From: an uncultured Acidobacteriota bacterium
GTDB taxonomy: Bacteria > Acidobacteriota > Terriglobia > Acidiferrales > UBA7541
Direction: 5' to 3'
DNA length: 64,000 nucleotides
Assembly (NCBI GenBank): GCA_963757905.1
Contig: CAVWSV010000016.1
Coordinates: forward strand, 47,808-111,807
Shown here: piece by piece, positions 17,907-29,269 of the stretch
How positions within the stretch are numbered: position 1 is the stretch's first letter
Layout: every line of letters starts with the position of its first letter
Notes under the pieces: model-generated
The model's input: the letters and a program-made list of their open reading frames with translations, nothing else
Told to the model about the DNA's origin: nothing
The model's database searches: none
Translations under genes and position numbers: made by a program

Positions 17907-18788
17907 ATGACGCAGCCCACCTTTTTTTCCGAAGACCAAGCCATCATCGAAGCCGTGCTCGAGCATTTGCTGCCGCCGGAAGCGACACCGCCGTCAACGA
18001 TCCATCAGGCAATGCGCTACAGCGTATTCGCCGGCGGAAAACGCATTCGGCCAATCTTGTGCTACGAAGCAGGACATATGTTTTCGCGCGAGTTGGACGC
18101 GGCAACAACAGTGGGATGTGCGCTGGAATTCATCCACACATATTCGTTGATTCATGATGATCTGCCGGCGCTCGATAATGACGATTTGCGTCGCGGCAAA
18201 CCGACTTGCCATAAGAAATTCGGCGTGGCGATGGCGATTTTGGCAGGAGACGGACTGCTTACTTTGGCTTTTGAGGCTTTGGCGAAAGTAAATATCGACG
18301 CGGCACGTTGCGTACGAATCATCGCGGAGATTGGCGCGGCTGCGGGAACCGTGAGCGGGATGGTCGGCGGGCAAGTGGCGGACATCGAAGCGGAAGGAAA
18401 GCCTGTCGACGCGCCGCAATTGGAGTACATTCACCGATCGAAAACCGCGGCGCTGATTCGCGCATCCATTGTCGCAGGCGCACTGGCCGGCGGAGCGAGC
18501 AACGAGGACGTCGAACGGCTGCGCCGATTTGGTGAATCGATTGGCTGGGCGTTTCAAGTTGTCGACGACATTCTTGACGTCGAGGAATCTTCAACGGCGC
18601 TTGGAAAAACTGCCGGAAAAGATGAATCGCAGAAAAAGGCGACATACCCGGCGCTTTTCGGAATCGAGAAATCGCGGGCGTTTGCGCAAGAATTGGCTGC
18701 GCGCGCGGATCGCGAACTGGATTGCTACGGCGAACGCGCGAAACGGCTGCACGCGATTGCGGAATACCTCGTTGTACGGCGTACTTAG
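17907..18788 (+). CDS. ispA: Polyprenyl (farnesyl/geranyl) diphosphate synthase
   Basis: First aspartate-rich motif LIHDDLPALDNDDLRRGKPT and second motif FQVVDDILD. Confidence 0.9.
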   Translation: MTQPTFFSEDQAIIEAVLEHLLPPEATPPSTIHQAMRYSVFAGGKRIRPILCYEAGHMFSRELDAATTVGCALEFIHTYSLIHDDLPALDNDDLRRGKPTCHKKFGVAMAILAGDGLLTLAFEALAKVNIDAARCVRIIAEIGAAAGTVSGMVGGQVADIEAEGKPVDAPQLEYIHRSKTAALIRASIVAGALAGGASNEDVERLRRFGESIGWAFQVVDDILDVEESSTALGKTAGKDESQKKATYPALFGIEKSRAFAQELAARADRELDCYGERAKRLHAIAEYLVVRRT

Positions 18789-18936
18789 AATTTTCGTTGT
18801 CGTATCGACTCAAGATAACTGCAAATGCAGATTGCTTTCTTCGGCAGACTGCTGCAAGCGGGCGGCTGATTCGCTATAAAAAAGCGCTCCGCACGTTTGC
18901 GGCTTCGCTTTGCCGTAGCCAAAATCTTCTGCTATC

Positions 18937-19695
18937 GTGAAGCGGATGGTTGCGCCGAAGACACTCGAACTTGCGTTGCTCACCGCCGCCGTGCTCGGCT
19001 TTCGTCACGGTTTTGATTACGACCATATCGCCGCGATTTCAGACATCACCAATGTGGAGTCTAATCGCAAGCGCGCGATGCACATGGGCCTGCTCTACAT
19101 GCTGGGACATGCAGCGACCGTGGCGGCGCTCGGCAGCATCGTGATTTTCTTTCAGGCTTCCCTGCCACCGGTAATCGACAAGTGGGCGGAGCGCGCAGTG
19201 GGATTGACGCTGGTCGTGATGGGAATTTACGTGCTGGGATCGATGTTCCGCAGCCGCGGAAAAGCCGTTCCGAAGTCGCGTATCATGATTTTGATTGGCG
19301 CGTTTCGCTGGCTTGCCTGGAAAATTCGATCTGCCTTTCATGGCGACGCCACGGAAGGGCCCGCGACAGTGAATTGGAGTTACACAAAAAAATCGGTATT
19401 TTCTGTGGGCGTGATCCACGGCTTGGGCGCGGAAACGCCGAGCCAATTGCTAATCTTTCTGCTTGCCGCGAATCTGGGCGGCCGTGGGCGCGGCTTTCTT
19501 GGTCTGGGAATGTTTTTGGCGGGTTTGCTGATGATGAATACACTGATGACCGCATCTGCCGTGGGGATTTTCACTGTGACCGCCACGCGACAACGACTAA
19601 TGCAAATTGCCACCGCGCTGACGGCAACCTACAGCCTGGTTGTTGGCGCTATTTTCCTCTTTGGTTCAGCTGCGATTTTGCCGCCCCTCGGTTAG
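18937..19695 (+). CDS. Multi-pass membrane protein with a NiCoT/NicO-like metal-transporter signature
   Basis: FRHGFDYDHIAAISDIT resembles the NiCoT signature (R/K)HAxDADHI, and a second motif is HGLGAETPSQL. At 252 aa it is shorter than classical HoxN/NixA, so function is tentative. GTG start. Confidence 0.5.
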   Translation: MKRMVAPKTLELALLTAAVLGFRHGFDYDHIAAISDITNVESNRKRAMHMGLLYMLGHAATVAALGSIVIFFQASLPPVIDKWAERAVGLTLVVMGIYVLGSMFRSRGKAVPKSRIMILIGAFRWLAWKIRSAFHGDATEGPATVNWSYTKKSVFSVGVIHGLGAETPSQLLIFLLAANLGGRGRGFLGLGMFLAGLLMMNTLMTASAVGIFTVTATRQRLMQIATALTATYSLVVGAIFLFGSAAILPPLG

Positions 19696-19716
19696 CTCTC
19701 GCAGACAGTCTCAATT

Positions 19717-20478
19717 ATGGCCACCGCGCGTTCATCTTCTAAACAAAAGCGTATGCGGCTGGATTTCGCGCTTGTGGAGCGCGGACTGGCGGAAACGCCG
19801 CAGTTCGCGCAAGCGCTGATCATGGCGGGAAAAGTGCGCGTCGATGAACAGCCAGCAAGAAAATCGGGTGAGTCGGTCGCTGCGGCCGCGCGAATTGAAA
19901 TCATTGACGCGGATTCGAAATACGCAAGTCGCGCAGGGCTAAAACTCGAAGGGGCGCTCGGAGATTTTGGCGCGGACGTGCGCGGCTTGGTGTGCCTCGA
20001 CGTGGGTGCGTCGAATGGAGGCTTCACGGATTGCTTGCTGCAACGCGGAGCAAAACGGGTGTATGCGGTTGACGTCAATACGGCACAGCTGGATTGGAAA
20101 TTGCAGCGCGATGCGCGCGTGGTCGCTGTAGGAAAAAATGCGCGTTACTTGGAGCCAGCCGACATCGCGGAAAAAGTAGATTTCGTAACAATCGACGTAT
20201 CGTTTATCTCTGCCGCGAAACTCATTGAAGCCGTGGCGGCGATTGCGAAACGCGGCGCAATGTTTCTGATTCTCGTCAAACCACAGTTCGAGCTGCCGAA
20301 AGCGTTGGTCGGCAAGGGCGGAATCGCGCGCGATGCGGCGCTTCACGCGCGTGCAATTGCAACTGTCCGGAGCGCAGCCGAAAAAGCGGGGCTGGAGGTT
20401 TTGGGCGTCCAGCCCAGTCGCGTGATGGGCAAAGAAGGGAATCAGGAATATTTCCTGCACGCACAGCTTCCCGAATAG
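19717..20478 (+). CDS. tlyA: TlyA family rRNA (cytidine-2'-O)-methyltransferase
   Basis: The N-terminus is S4-like (RLDFALVERGLAETPQFAQALIMAGKVRVD). The FtsJ-type SAM motif is CLDVGASNGGFTDCLLQRGAKRVYAVDV. Confidence 0.85.
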   Translation: MATARSSSKQKRMRLDFALVERGLAETPQFAQALIMAGKVRVDEQPARKSGESVAAAARIEIIDADSKYASRAGLKLEGALGDFGADVRGLVCLDVGASNGGFTDCLLQRGAKRVYAVDVNTAQLDWKLQRDARVVAVGKNARYLEPADIAEKVDFVTIDVSFISAAKLIEAVAAIAKRGAMFLILVKPQFELPKALVGKGGIARDAALHARAIATVRSAAEKAGLEVLGVQPSRVMGKEGNQEYFLHAQLPE

Positions 20479-20517
20479 AATACAATTCGCCGAACTTGGT
20501 GATCCAAACGTGAACCC

Positions 20518-21375
20518 ATGATCAAGAGCGCGGGAATTTTCTGCAAGCCACGGAAGGAAGAAATATGCGCGGTCGTTCCGCGAATGGCCGACTGGCTGCG
20601 GGAGCGCGGCGTCGAAGTCTATTTCGACTCCGTCGCGGCGTCGTGTTTCACTCCGCCGGCAAAAATAAATCTGGACGAAATGGTCGCGCAGATCGATTTG
20701 CTGATCGTGCTTGGCGGCGACGGCACGCTGCTCCACGCCGCGCGACGCTTCCACGAATGCGAGGTGCCTATTCTCGCGGTGAATCTGGGCGGAATGGGCT
20801 TCATGACCAGCGTCACGATTGAAGAAGCATTTCCGCTGCTCGAAGACGTGCTGGCCGGCAGACATCGCCTGAGCCCGCGAATGATGTTGAAAGCGGAATT
20901 GTTGCGCGAGGACAAAATTATTCAGCAACAGGAGGCGTTGAACGACGCGGTGGTGACGAAATCGGCGCTCTCGCGCATTCTCGATTTCGATGTGTCGGTG
21001 AACGGGCAATTCCTCGGACTTTATCGCGCGGACGGCCTGATCGTTTCGACGCCAACGGGCTCGACCGCATATTCACTGGCCGCCGGCGGCCCGATTCTTT
21101 ATCCCGTGCTGCAAGCATTTGTCCTCACGCCGATTTGCCCGCATATGCTTACCAACCGGCCGCTTGTGCTGCCGGATAGCGTGCAGCTCGAATTGGATTT
21201 CGGCGCGCTCGAGGAGCAAGCGTATCTGACGCTCGATGGGCAGGTGGGATTCGAACTGCAACGCGGTGATCGCATCACCGTTTCCAAATCACCGCATCGC
21301 GTTCAATTGGTGAGGCCGCAGGAGCAGACGTACTTCAAAGTTCTTCGCAACAAGCTGCGGTGGGGACAGCGCTGA
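20518..21375 (+). CDS. nadK: NAD+ kinase
   Basis: The GGDGT motif (LIVLGGDGTLLHAARRF) and the GLIVSTPTGSTAYSLAAGGPI motif are both present. Confidence 0.9.
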   Translation: MIKSAGIFCKPRKEEICAVVPRMADWLRERGVEVYFDSVAASCFTPPAKINLDEMVAQIDLLIVLGGDGTLLHAARRFHECEVPILAVNLGGMGFMTSVTIEEAFPLLEDVLAGRHRLSPRMMLKAELLREDKIIQQQEALNDAVVTKSALSRILDFDVSVNGQFLGLYRADGLIVSTPTGSTAYSLAAGGPILYPVLQAFVLTPICPHMLTNRPLVLPDSVQLELDFGALEEQAYLTLDGQVGFELQRGDRITVSKSPHRVQLVRPQEQTYFKVLRNKLRWGQR

Positions 21376-21422
21376 ATGCGCCGCCAAGTTGCCGCAGAAT
21401 ATCTCAAAAAGAGGCAAACATA

Positions 21423-22445
21423 ATGAAAGCTAAATTCCTGTCGTGCATATTCTTGGCAGCCCTTTTCGCGGCGATTGCGGTACCGGTGCATGCGCAGCGA
21501 CGTGTTCGCCGCGCGACGCGAAGCAACGTAAACAGCTCGAACGTTTACCCGATGCACGAAGGATTCGTGGATGCGCATGGCGTGATGATTTACTACATGA
21601 TGGTTGGACGCGGCGCTCCCCTGCTGATTCTGCACGGCGGCCCGGGCGCGTCGCACGATTATTTTCTGCCCTATCTGCTGCCGCTGGCGCGCCACAACGA
21701 ATTGGTGTTCATCGACGAGCGCGGCTCGGGCCGATCGTCCAAACTTTCCGACCCGTCGGGGTACACGGTTGAAAACATGGTGGAAGATGCGGAGGATGTT
21801 CGTCAGGCGCTGCATTTGGGAAAAATCACGCTGCTCGGGCATTCCGCCGGAGGCGTGCTGGCCCAGGCATACGCGTTGAAATATCAACGCAACCTGACGC
21901 ATCTGATTTTATGCAGCACGTTTCCTAGCACAAAACAGATGAACGAAGTGCTCGCTAAGGAGAAGGCCAGCGCCCCTCCGGATGTGCAAGCAAAGCTCGA
22001 TACCATGGAGAAAGCCGGGCTTTTCGGGCACGGTCTTCCCTACCAGCAGAATCGCTACACGGACGCGTACATGAAGGCCGCGTGGGGCGAGGCCTATTTT
22101 CCCTATCTGTACCAGGATCATCCCGACCCGAACTACGATCCCGTCGCGAACGGCATCATGTCCTGGGACCTGTATCGCGAAATGTGGGGCTCCGACGGTG
22201 AATTTGTGATTGATGGGAATTTGAAGTCCGTGGAATACGTGGACAAGCTGCCCACGATTCACGTGCCGACGCTGATCATCGTGGGCGACCATGACGAATG
22301 TGACCCGTCGCTTTCGAAAGAGATGCACCAGAAGATTGCGGGTTCGAAGCTCGTGATTCTGCCGAAGAGCGGGCACATGACTTTCGTCGATCAGCCAAAC
22401 CTGTTTATGGGCGCGGTAGACAATTTTTTGCATCCGGGTGAGTGA
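21423..22445 (+). CDS. Exported alpha/beta hydrolase (proline iminopeptidase-like, S33)
   Basis: ATG 21423 gives a signal peptide (MKAKFLSCIFLAALFAAIAVPVHAQ). HGGPGASHDYF (oxyanion region) and the nucleophile elbow GHSAGG are present. Confidence 0.75.
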   Translation: MKAKFLSCIFLAALFAAIAVPVHAQRRVRRATRSNVNSSNVYPMHEGFVDAHGVMIYYMMVGRGAPLLILHGGPGASHDYFLPYLLPLARHNELVFIDERGSGRSSKLSDPSGYTVENMVEDAEDVRQALHLGKITLLGHSAGGVLAQAYALKYQRNLTHLILCSTFPSTKQMNEVLAKEKASAPPDVQAKLDTMEKAGLFGHGLPYQQNRYTDAYMKAAWGEAYFPYLYQDHPDPNYDPVANGIMSWDLYREMWGSDGEFVIDGNLKSVEYVDKLPTIHVPTLIIVGDHDECDPSLSKEMHQKIAGSKLVILPKSGHMTFVDQPNLFMGAVDNFLHPGE

Positions 22446-22499
22446 TAGACAACCCGTGGTGCAACGCTAAAGCGGCGGAAACACGACGGGACCAAATTG

Positions 22500-23795
22500 T
22501 CACAAGGGTCGTTCGCCACGGATTAAATCGTCGCGCGTTTCGCGGCGGCGGATGACGCGGAAGCGGCTGCCTTCCACGAGGATTTCCGGAGCGCGCGGAC
22601 GCGAATTGTAATTCGAAGATTCGGCGAAGCCGTACGCGCCCGCGCCCCAAATCACCAGGAGATCCCCGGGCTGAAGTTCCGCGATGGGCCAATCGTGCAG
22701 AAATGAATCGCCGGATTCGCAAATCGGGCCAACGATGTCGACCGAAGATATTTTCGCATTCGGGCGAGGGCGCGTTACGGGCGTGATGGGATGAGTTGCG
22801 CCGTAAAGCGCGGGGCGAATCAGATCGTTCATCGCCGCATCGACAACCACGAATGTTTTTCCTCGGCTGCTCTTTATATATAAAACGCGCGAAAGCAAGA
22901 CGCCTGCCTGTCCGATGAGTGCACGGCCCGGTTCCAGAAGCAAATGGCAGCCGAGCGCGCGAATGGACTTTGGCAAAACGGCGGCATATTCCTCGATCGA
23001 GGGCGGATTTTCGGTTGTGTAACGAATGCCGAGGCCGCCGCCGATGTCGAGATAGCAAAGCGCGATCCCCTCGCGCGATAGATCGCGAAAATATCCCGCG
23101 AGACGCACGGCGGCGCTGCGAAAAGGCGTGACGCTGGTGATCTGCGAACCTATGTGGCCGCTGATTCCCTTCCAATCGATCCACAGCGAATCCTTGTAAA
23201 GAAGATAGAGACGCCGCGCTTCTGGCCAGTCAACGCCAAATTTGTGGCGATGATGGCCTGTTGCGATGTGTGGATGGCCGCCCGCTTCGATATCTGGGTT
23301 GACGCGAATCGCGGCAGGCGCGGAACGGCCAGCGCGCGCGGCTTCACTCGCGAGAATTTCGAGCTCTTCCGCCGATTCAACGTTGAAAAGCAAAATGCGC
23401 TCGCGCAACGCTTCGCGGATTTCCTCGCGCGTCTTGCCAACACCCGAAAAAACAATTCGATCGCCGGGCACGCCAATGCGACGTAAGCGGAAAAGCTCTC
23501 CTCCGGAAACAATATCGAAGCTGCTGCCCATGCGAGCGACCGCGCGCAGAATGGCAAGATTCGAATTGGCCTTGACGGCGTAACAAATCGAGTGCGGAAC
23601 GCCGCGAAAGGCCCGGTGAAAGCGGCGGTACGCGGACGTGAATGCAGCGCGGCTATAGACGTAACTGGGAGTTCCCGCGCGCGCGGCGATGGCGGAAAGT
23701 GAAACTCCCTCGCAAGAAATCGCGTCCCGGTCATAGGAAAATCCGGGAGTGTAGCTGATCGGATTCAGTGAATCAGAGTCCCTGTCTTTGCCCAT
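22500..23795 (-). CDS. lysA: Diaminopimelate decarboxylase
   Basis: 431 aa. PLP-lysine context ICYAVKANSNLAIL, plus DIGGGLGI and CESGD motifs. Confidence 0.9.
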   Translation of the reverse strand: MGKDRDSDSLNPISYTPGFSYDRDAISCEGVSLSAIAARAGTPSYVYSRAAFTSAYRRFHRAFRGVPHSICYAVKANSNLAILRAVARMGSSFDIVSGGELFRLRRIGVPGDRIVFSGVGKTREEIREALRERILLFNVESAEELEILASEAARAGRSAPAAIRVNPDIEAGGHPHIATGHHRHKFGVDWPEARRLYLLYKDSLWIDWKGISGHIGSQITSVTPFRSAAVRLAGYFRDLSREGIALCYLDIGGGLGIRYTTENPPSIEEYAAVLPKSIRALGCHLLLEPGRALIGQAGVLLSRVLYIKSSRGKTFVVVDAAMNDLIRPALYGATHPITPVTRPRPNAKISSVDIVGPICESGDSFLHDWPIAELQPGDLLVIWGAGAYGFAESSNYNSRPRAPEILVEGSRFRVIRRRETRDDLIRGERPL

Positions 23796-23806
23796 GGAGG
23801 GATTTC

Positions 23807-25558
23807 TTATATCACTTTTAGGACGACAAGCGTGCGGTCATCGAATGGATGCCTACCACCGGAAAAGTTATCGACATCGGCAAGCAGGGAATCGGCGATT
23901 TCCGCGGAGGAAAGATTCGCGTGCAAGCACATTTTCTCGCTCAAGCGCCGCCAGCCGTAAAACTGGGCGCGGGCGTCTTGCGTATCGGTGACGCCATCGG
24001 AATAAAGGACCAGAATGTCGCCGGCCGACAACACCAGGCCAATCTCGTCATATTTGGCATCGTCGAACATGCCCACGGGAAAACCGGCGAGCGGGATTTT
24101 TTCGCAGTGGCCATTCTGACAAATCAGCGGTTGCTCTTGTCCGGCATTCGCGAGGCGAAGCATGTGCTCCGTGGGATGCCAGGAAAGAAGGCACATGGTC
24201 ATGAAGCGGCCCTCGATGCGGCGTTCGCAAATAACCTGATTGAGCTTTTGCAGAATTTTCGCGGGCGCCAGGTGCTGCGGAGCGAGGCTGCGCAGAATTC
24301 CAACGGCGGCGGCACCGTAGAGCGCAGCAGCGCTTCCCTTCCCGCTGACGTCGCCAAGCGCGATGCTGAGTTCGCTCGTGCCGTTGGGCAAGAAATCGTA
24401 GAGATCGCCGCACAACTCGCGCGAAGAAACAACGCGCGCGGCAATATCGAGTCCATACTCGCTGCCAGGAACGGGAGGCAATAGCGCGGACTGCAAGCGG
24501 CGCGCCGCGTTAAGATCGCGCTCCATGCGCGCCTCGTCACGCGCCACCTGTTCATAAAGGCGCGCGTTTTCAATCGAGACCGCCAAATGCGATGCGAGGA
24601 TCGAAAGCGCCTGCACGTGGTCCGGCGTGAAATAATTGAGCTGCGGGCTTTCCAGATCGAGCACGCCAATCACGCGATGCTTGTAGAGCAGCGGAATGGC
24701 CAGCTCGGAACGCGTTTCTGGATTGACGGAAATGTAGCGCGGATCGAACGACACGTCCGGCACCACCACGGGCCGCCGCAGCGTCGCCGCCGCGCCTACA
24801 ATTCCTTCGTGCGGCGAGACAACGGAACGTTCCTGCATGTGCTGGCCGAATTTCACGTTGAGGCGATGGCGAAAAACCCGCGCAGCTTCGTCGTAAAGCA
24901 GAATGGCGAAAATCTGGTAGTCGATGACGCGCTTCACCATTTCCGCGGCGCGCCGCAGCACGCCCTCGACATCGAGAATGGAATTCGTTTCGCGCGCCAC
25001 TTCGTTGAGAAGCAAAAGTGTGTCCGCCTGATGGCGCGTGCGCTCAAACAAGCGCGCGTTTTCGATCGCGCTCGAAATGCGCGTGGCCAGCATCATCAAA
25101 ATATTCTGCTGATCGCGCGTGAAGTAATCGAGCTGGCTGCTTTCAATGTCGAGCACGCCAACTACGCGGCCCTGCACCACCAGAGGAACGGCGAGCTCCG
25201 ACTGCACTCCCTCCAGCGCGTTCAGGTAACGCGAATCTTTGCGGACATCGCTGACGCGCACGGGACGGCCCGTGGAAGCGGCGACTCCGATAATTCCCTG
25301 CCCGGCGGGGATGCGCCAGTTCTCTACAACTTCCTGCCGATGACCAATCGCAAAACGAAAGCGAAGCTCGCGCGAATTTTCGTCGAGCAGCAATACGGCG
25401 AAAATTTCGTAGTCGATCAACCTCTTGATTTGCGCCGCGGCGTGCGCCAACACTTCGTCGAGATTCAGCGACGCGTTAATCTCCTGGCCGATTTCGGCCA
25501 TCGTCGCCAACACCTCGGCGGGCAGTTCCTGGGCAGTGTTCAATTCGACGGGTTCCAT
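23807..25558 (-). CDS. GAF-GAF-PP2C (SpoIIE/RsbU-like) serine phosphatase
   Basis: Two GAF-like repeats (…LIDYEIFAVLLLDE… and …VIDYQIFAILLYDE…) precede a PP2C-type C-terminus (CGDLYDF..., ALGDVSGKGSAAAL, LYSDGVTD). Confidence 0.85.
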   Translation of the reverse strand: MEPVELNTAQELPAEVLATMAEIGQEINASLNLDEVLAHAAAQIKRLIDYEIFAVLLLDENSRELRFRFAIGHRQEVVENWRIPAGQGIIGVAASTGRPVRVSDVRKDSRYLNALEGVQSELAVPLVVQGRVVGVLDIESSQLDYFTRDQQNILMMLATRISSAIENARLFERTRHQADTLLLLNEVARETNSILDVEGVLRRAAEMVKRVIDYQIFAILLYDEAARVFRHRLNVKFGQHMQERSVVSPHEGIVGAAATLRRPVVVPDVSFDPRYISVNPETRSELAIPLLYKHRVIGVLDLESPQLNYFTPDHVQALSILASHLAVSIENARLYEQVARDEARMERDLNAARRLQSALLPPVPGSEYGLDIAARVVSSRELCGDLYDFLPNGTSELSIALGDVSGKGSAAALYGAAAVGILRSLAPQHLAPAKILQKLNQVICERRIEGRFMTMCLLSWHPTEHMLRLANAGQEQPLICQNGHCEKIPLAGFPVGMFDDAKYDEIGLVLSAGDILVLYSDGVTDTQDARAQFYGWRRLSEKMCLHANLSSAEIADSLLADVDNFSGGRHPFDDRTLVVLKVI

Positions 25559-25706
25559 GATTCCCTATTTGATGAGATATGCGGATACCACGACTCAGAT
25601 GCCGCAATACGTGAATGCTTATTCATTATAGCAGGCGAAGGGGAAAAACATCCGGGAGCTCGACGCAAGTTGCGAAACTAGAGAGGTGGGACGTGAAAAA
25701 CGAAGT

Positions 25707-26384
25707 TCATTTAGCGCCAGCCCGGCGGGCTTCTTCGATGATTTTCAGGCCGGAACTTGAGCCGATCCGCGTGGCACCTGCGGCGACCATTTTTTTCAGG
25801 TCTTCGAGAGTACGAATGCCGCCTGCGGCCTTGACGCCCATTTTCGGACCAACGATGAAACGCATCAGCGCGACATCTTCCACCGTTGCGCCGCCGGGAC
25901 CGAAACCGGTCGAGGTCTTTACGTAGTCGGCATCGGCGTTTTTCGCAGCGCGGCAAGCGCGGATTTTTTCTTCTCCAGTGAGCAAGGCCATTTCGAGGAT
26001 CACTTTGCAGATGGCGTTGCCGCGATGGCTGGCGTCAACAACGCCGCAAATGTCCGCCTCAAGGGCTTCATCGTCGCCGGATTTCAGCGCGCCTATGTTG
26101 ATGACCATATCGATTTCGTCCGCGCCATTTTTTATCGCATGCTCCGCCTCGAAAACCTTCACGGGCGGAAGCGTCGCGCCCAGCGGGAAACCCACCACCG
26201 TGCAGACTTTCACCACTGAGCTGCGGACCAAATCGGCGGCGAGTGGCACGTAGCACGGATTGATGCACACGGAGGCAAAACCGAAGCGCACCGCCTCTTC
26301 GCAGAGCGCGCGAATTTGCTCGGTGGACGCTTCAGGTTTCAGTAGCGTGTGGTCAATCAGCTTGGCGATATCTTCGGCGCGCAT
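25707..26384 (-). CDS. deoC: Deoxyribose-phosphate aldolase
   Basis: [11 protein letters not shown]..., [10 protein letters not shown] and the Schiff-base lysine context DYVKTSTGF are present. Confidence 0.9.
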   Translation of the reverse strand: MRAEDIAKLIDHTLLKPEASTEQIRALCEEAVRFGFASVCINPCYVPLAADLVRSSVVKVCTVVGFPLGATLPPVKVFEAEHAIKNGADEIDMVINIGALKSGDDEALEADICGVVDASHRGNAICKVILEMALLTGEEKIRACRAAKNADADYVKTSTGFGPGGATVEDVALMRFIVGPKMGVKAAGGIRTLEDLKKMVAAGATRIGSSSGLKIIEEARRAGAK

Positions 26385-26409
26385 CGCGATTTTTGTTTTT
26401 CAGGGAAAT

Positions 26410-26961
26410 TTATTCAGCCGGCAAAGTCAAAACACAAACGTCTTTCAGATTGCGATAGCGCTCATCGTAATCGAGACCATAGCCGACAACAAATTCGTTG
26501 GGAATCGTGAAGCCGACATAGTCCGCTTTGATATTTTGAATGCGGCGCGAAGGCTTGTCGAGCAGCGCGGCGATTTTCAGCGTCTTCGGTTTGCGCTGCT
26601 GCAACACGCGGCAAAGATAGCTGAGCGTGAGGCCCGTATCGAGAATGTCTTCGACGAGAATCACGTTCAAGCCTTCGATGCTGGTGTCGAGGTCTTTGTA
26701 GAGGCGCACCTGCCCCGATGACTGTTTGCCTTTGCCATAGCTCGCGACAGCCATGAAGTCGATTGAGGTGTCGAGATCGATTTCGCGAATCAAGTCCGAG
26801 AGAAAAATGCACGCGCCCTTGAGGACACCGATCAGGTGGACGCGTTCACCGCGAAAATCGCGGCTGATTTCGCGGGCCACCGCGACTACGCGTTTCTGAA
26901 TCGCCACCCGCCGGAGCAGAATCTTCAGATGGCTCCTGTGACTCCTGCCCTTCGCATTCAT
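26410..26961 (-). CDS. hpt: Hypoxanthine phosphoribosyltransferase
   Basis: PRPP-binding motif ILVEDILDTGLTLSYL, plus VGYGLDYDERYRNL. Confidence 0.9.
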   Translation of the reverse strand: MNAKGRSHRSHLKILLRRVAIQKRVVAVAREISRDFRGERVHLIGVLKGACIFLSDLIREIDLDTSIDFMAVASYGKGKQSSGQVRLYKDLDTSIEGLNVILVEDILDTGLTLSYLCRVLQQRKPKTLKIAALLDKPSRRIQNIKADYVGFTIPNEFVVGYGLDYDERYRNLKDVCVLTLPAE

Positions 26962-27167
26962 CCGCGTCCTGGCTCCTTGCTAAGAAGGCGGCTAATCTAT
27001 CGTACGTCCGCGCGGATGACAAGGCGAACCGAATCCCTTGTTTGAGGAAAGCTCCACGCACGCCGCACTATTCACCAATAAGATCAATTAAGTAGGGTGT
27101 TGCGCTTCGAATTCCGCGCCGTACTTGCGGACCAATTCCAGGGCTTCCGCGAGGGGGACGCGGTGCG

Positions 27168-29027
27168 CTATGCGGGCGCGTCGATGCTGGCGCGGACTTG
27201 TTGCCAGCGACGCGGACGGCGCTTGGGGTCGAGAACTTTTTTACGCAGGCGAATTGACTTCGGCGTGATCTCAACGAATTCATCGTCGGTGATGAATTCG
27301 ATGGCCATTTCCAAAGTGAGGACGCGATGCGGTACCAGGCGAATCGCTTCATCGGCGCTCGAAGAACGCATGTTGGTTTGCTTTTTTTCCTTGGTGACGT
27401 TGACGTCCATATCCGCTTCCCGCGCATTCTCGCCGATGATCATTCCTTCGTAGACTTCCACGGCAGGGCCGACGAATAGCTCACCGCGCTCCTGCAAATT
27501 CCACAACGCAAATGCCGTGGTTTTGCCCGCGCGATCCGCGACCAGCGCGCCTGTGTTGCGCGAAGCAAGCTCTCCCGCATATTCCGTCCAGCCATCGAAA
27601 AGCGAATGCAGTAGCGCCGTGCCGCGCGTGTCGGTGAGAAGCTGGCCGCGCAATCCAATCAAGCCACGCGAGGGAATTTTGAATTCCATGCGCACGCGGC
27701 CTGAGCCATGATTCACCATTTTGGCGAGTTCCGCGCGGCGGCTGCCCAGCGTTTCCATCACCACGCCAACAAAAGTCTCCGGGCAATCGACGACAAGCAA
27801 CTCGACAGGCTCGAGCCGCCGTCCATTTTCCGTGCGCACCACGATTTCCGGCTTGCCGACCATCAGCTCGTAGCCTTCGCGGCGCATCGTTTCAATCAGA
27901 ATCGCCAGTTGCAATTCGCCGCGTCCCAGCACGCGAAACGCGTCGGTAGTCTCCGAATCCTCCACGCGAATGGAAACGTTGGTGAGCAATTCCTTTTGCA
28001 GGCGCGCGCGAATGTCGCGTGAAGTAACGAATTGCCCTTCGCGGCCCGCGAGCGGCGAAGTGTTCACCGTGAAAATCATCGCCAGAGTCGGCTCGTCAAT
28101 CACCAGCGGCTCGCACGGCGCGGGATTTTCCAAATCTGTGATGGTCTCGCCGATTTGAATGCCGTCGAAGCCCGCGATGGCCACAATGTCGCCGGCGGGA
28201 ACTTCGTCCGCTTCATCGCGCTCCAGGCCGCGAAATGTGAATAGTTTCGTGATCACCGTGGGAATCATCTCGCCCTGAAGTTTCGCAATGCCCACTTCGG
28301 AGCCGCGGCGCAGCGTGCCGCTGAAAACGCGCCCAATCGCAATGCGTCCGAGAAAATCACTGTAATCGAGATTCGTGACTTGAACTTGCAACGGTCCCGC
28401 TGGGTCACCAGAAGGCGCGGGAATCGCGGAGACGATTGCCTCAAACAGCGGCTGAAGATTTGGCGAGCCGTCATCCAATTTGCGGTGCGCGACGCCTGTC
28501 TTCGCGTTGGTGTAGAGCACGGGAAACGAAAGTTGATCTTCCGTTGCGTCGAGGTCGATGAATAAATCATAGATCTCGTCGAGAACTTCCTTGGCGCGCG
28601 CATCAGAGCGGTCAATTTTATTTAGGACAACGATCGGAGGAAGGTGCGCCTGCAATGCCTTTTGCAGCACATAGCGCGTTTGCGGCAGCGGGCCCTCGCT
28701 GGCATCGACGAGCAACAGCACGCCATCCACCATGCGCAGCGCGCGCTCCACTTCGCCGCCGAAATCGCTGTGGCCCGGCGTGTCCACGATATTGATCTTT
28801 GTGTCGTGATAAAATAGGGCGGTATTTTTTGCGAGAATGGTGATGCCGCGCTCGCGCTCCAAGTCGTTCGAATCCATCACGCGCTCGACGACCACCTGAT
28901 TGGCGCGGAAAATTCCGCTCTGCCTCAGCATGGCATCAACCAGCGTCGTCTTGCCATGATCCACGTGAGCAATAATTGCGATGTTTCGAATCGGCTGTGC
29001 CATGCTTACATCTTTCTCCTTGGACAA
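27168..29027 (-). CDS. typA: Translational GTPase TypA/BipA
   Basis: G1 motif [15 protein letters not shown], then DTPGHSDF and NKID. The full-length EF-G-like architecture is present. The likely true start is ATG 29003 (MAQPIRN...), downstream of AAGGAGA. Confidence 0.95.
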   Translation of the reverse strand: MSKEKDVSMAQPIRNIAIIAHVDHGKTTLVDAMLRQSGIFRANQVVVERVMDSNDLERERGITILAKNTALFYHDTKINIVDTPGHSDFGGEVERALRMVDGVLLLVDASEGPLPQTRYVLQKALQAHLPPIVVLNKIDRSDARAKEVLDEIYDLFIDLDATEDQLSFPVLYTNAKTGVAHRKLDDGSPNLQPLFEAIVSAIPAPSGDPAGPLQVQVTNLDYSDFLGRIAIGRVFSGTLRRGSEVGIAKLQGEMIPTVITKLFTFRGLERDEADEVPAGDIVAIAGFDGIQIGETITDLENPAPCEPLVIDEPTLAMIFTVNTSPLAGREGQFVTSRDIRARLQKELLTNVSIRVEDSETTDAFRVLGRGELQLAILIETMRREGYELMVGKPEIVVRTENGRRLEPVELLVVDCPETFVGVVMETLGSRRAELAKMVNHGSGRVRMEFKIPSRGLIGLRGQLLTDTRGTALLHSLFDGWTEYAGELASRNTGALVADRAGKTTAFALWNLQERGELFVGPAVEVYEGMIIGENAREADMDVNVTKEKKQTNMRSSSADEAIRLVPHRVLTLEMAIEFITDDEFVEITPKSIRLRKKVLDPKRRPRRWQQVRASIDAPA

Positions 29028-29269
29028 ACGCTGGTGATTGCCCTAACCTGCCGCACAAAGTGACGGAGGCTCCGCTTTACAACACTTTCATGTGAGTGTA
29101 GGGCCTCGCGTTCTTGTTCGCGAACCTGGGCAGGGGCGGTTCAGATCGAATTCGGGGATGTGTCACTTACCCGCTGCTGCATTGCCGCTATTCCACTGCA
29201 CATTAAAAATAGCATACAAATGCGCGAAAATAATGGCAAATCCAAATTAATTGCCAAAACGGATGCGGG

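Noticed and set aside
19939-21009. 356-aa minus-strand ORF
   Set aside because: It is antisense across tlyA and nadK, both of which have diagnostic motifs. No family signal is present.
24587-25681. 364-aa plus-strand ORF
   Set aside because: It is antisense to the GAF-GAF-PP2C gene, and its composition is typical of a shadow ORF.
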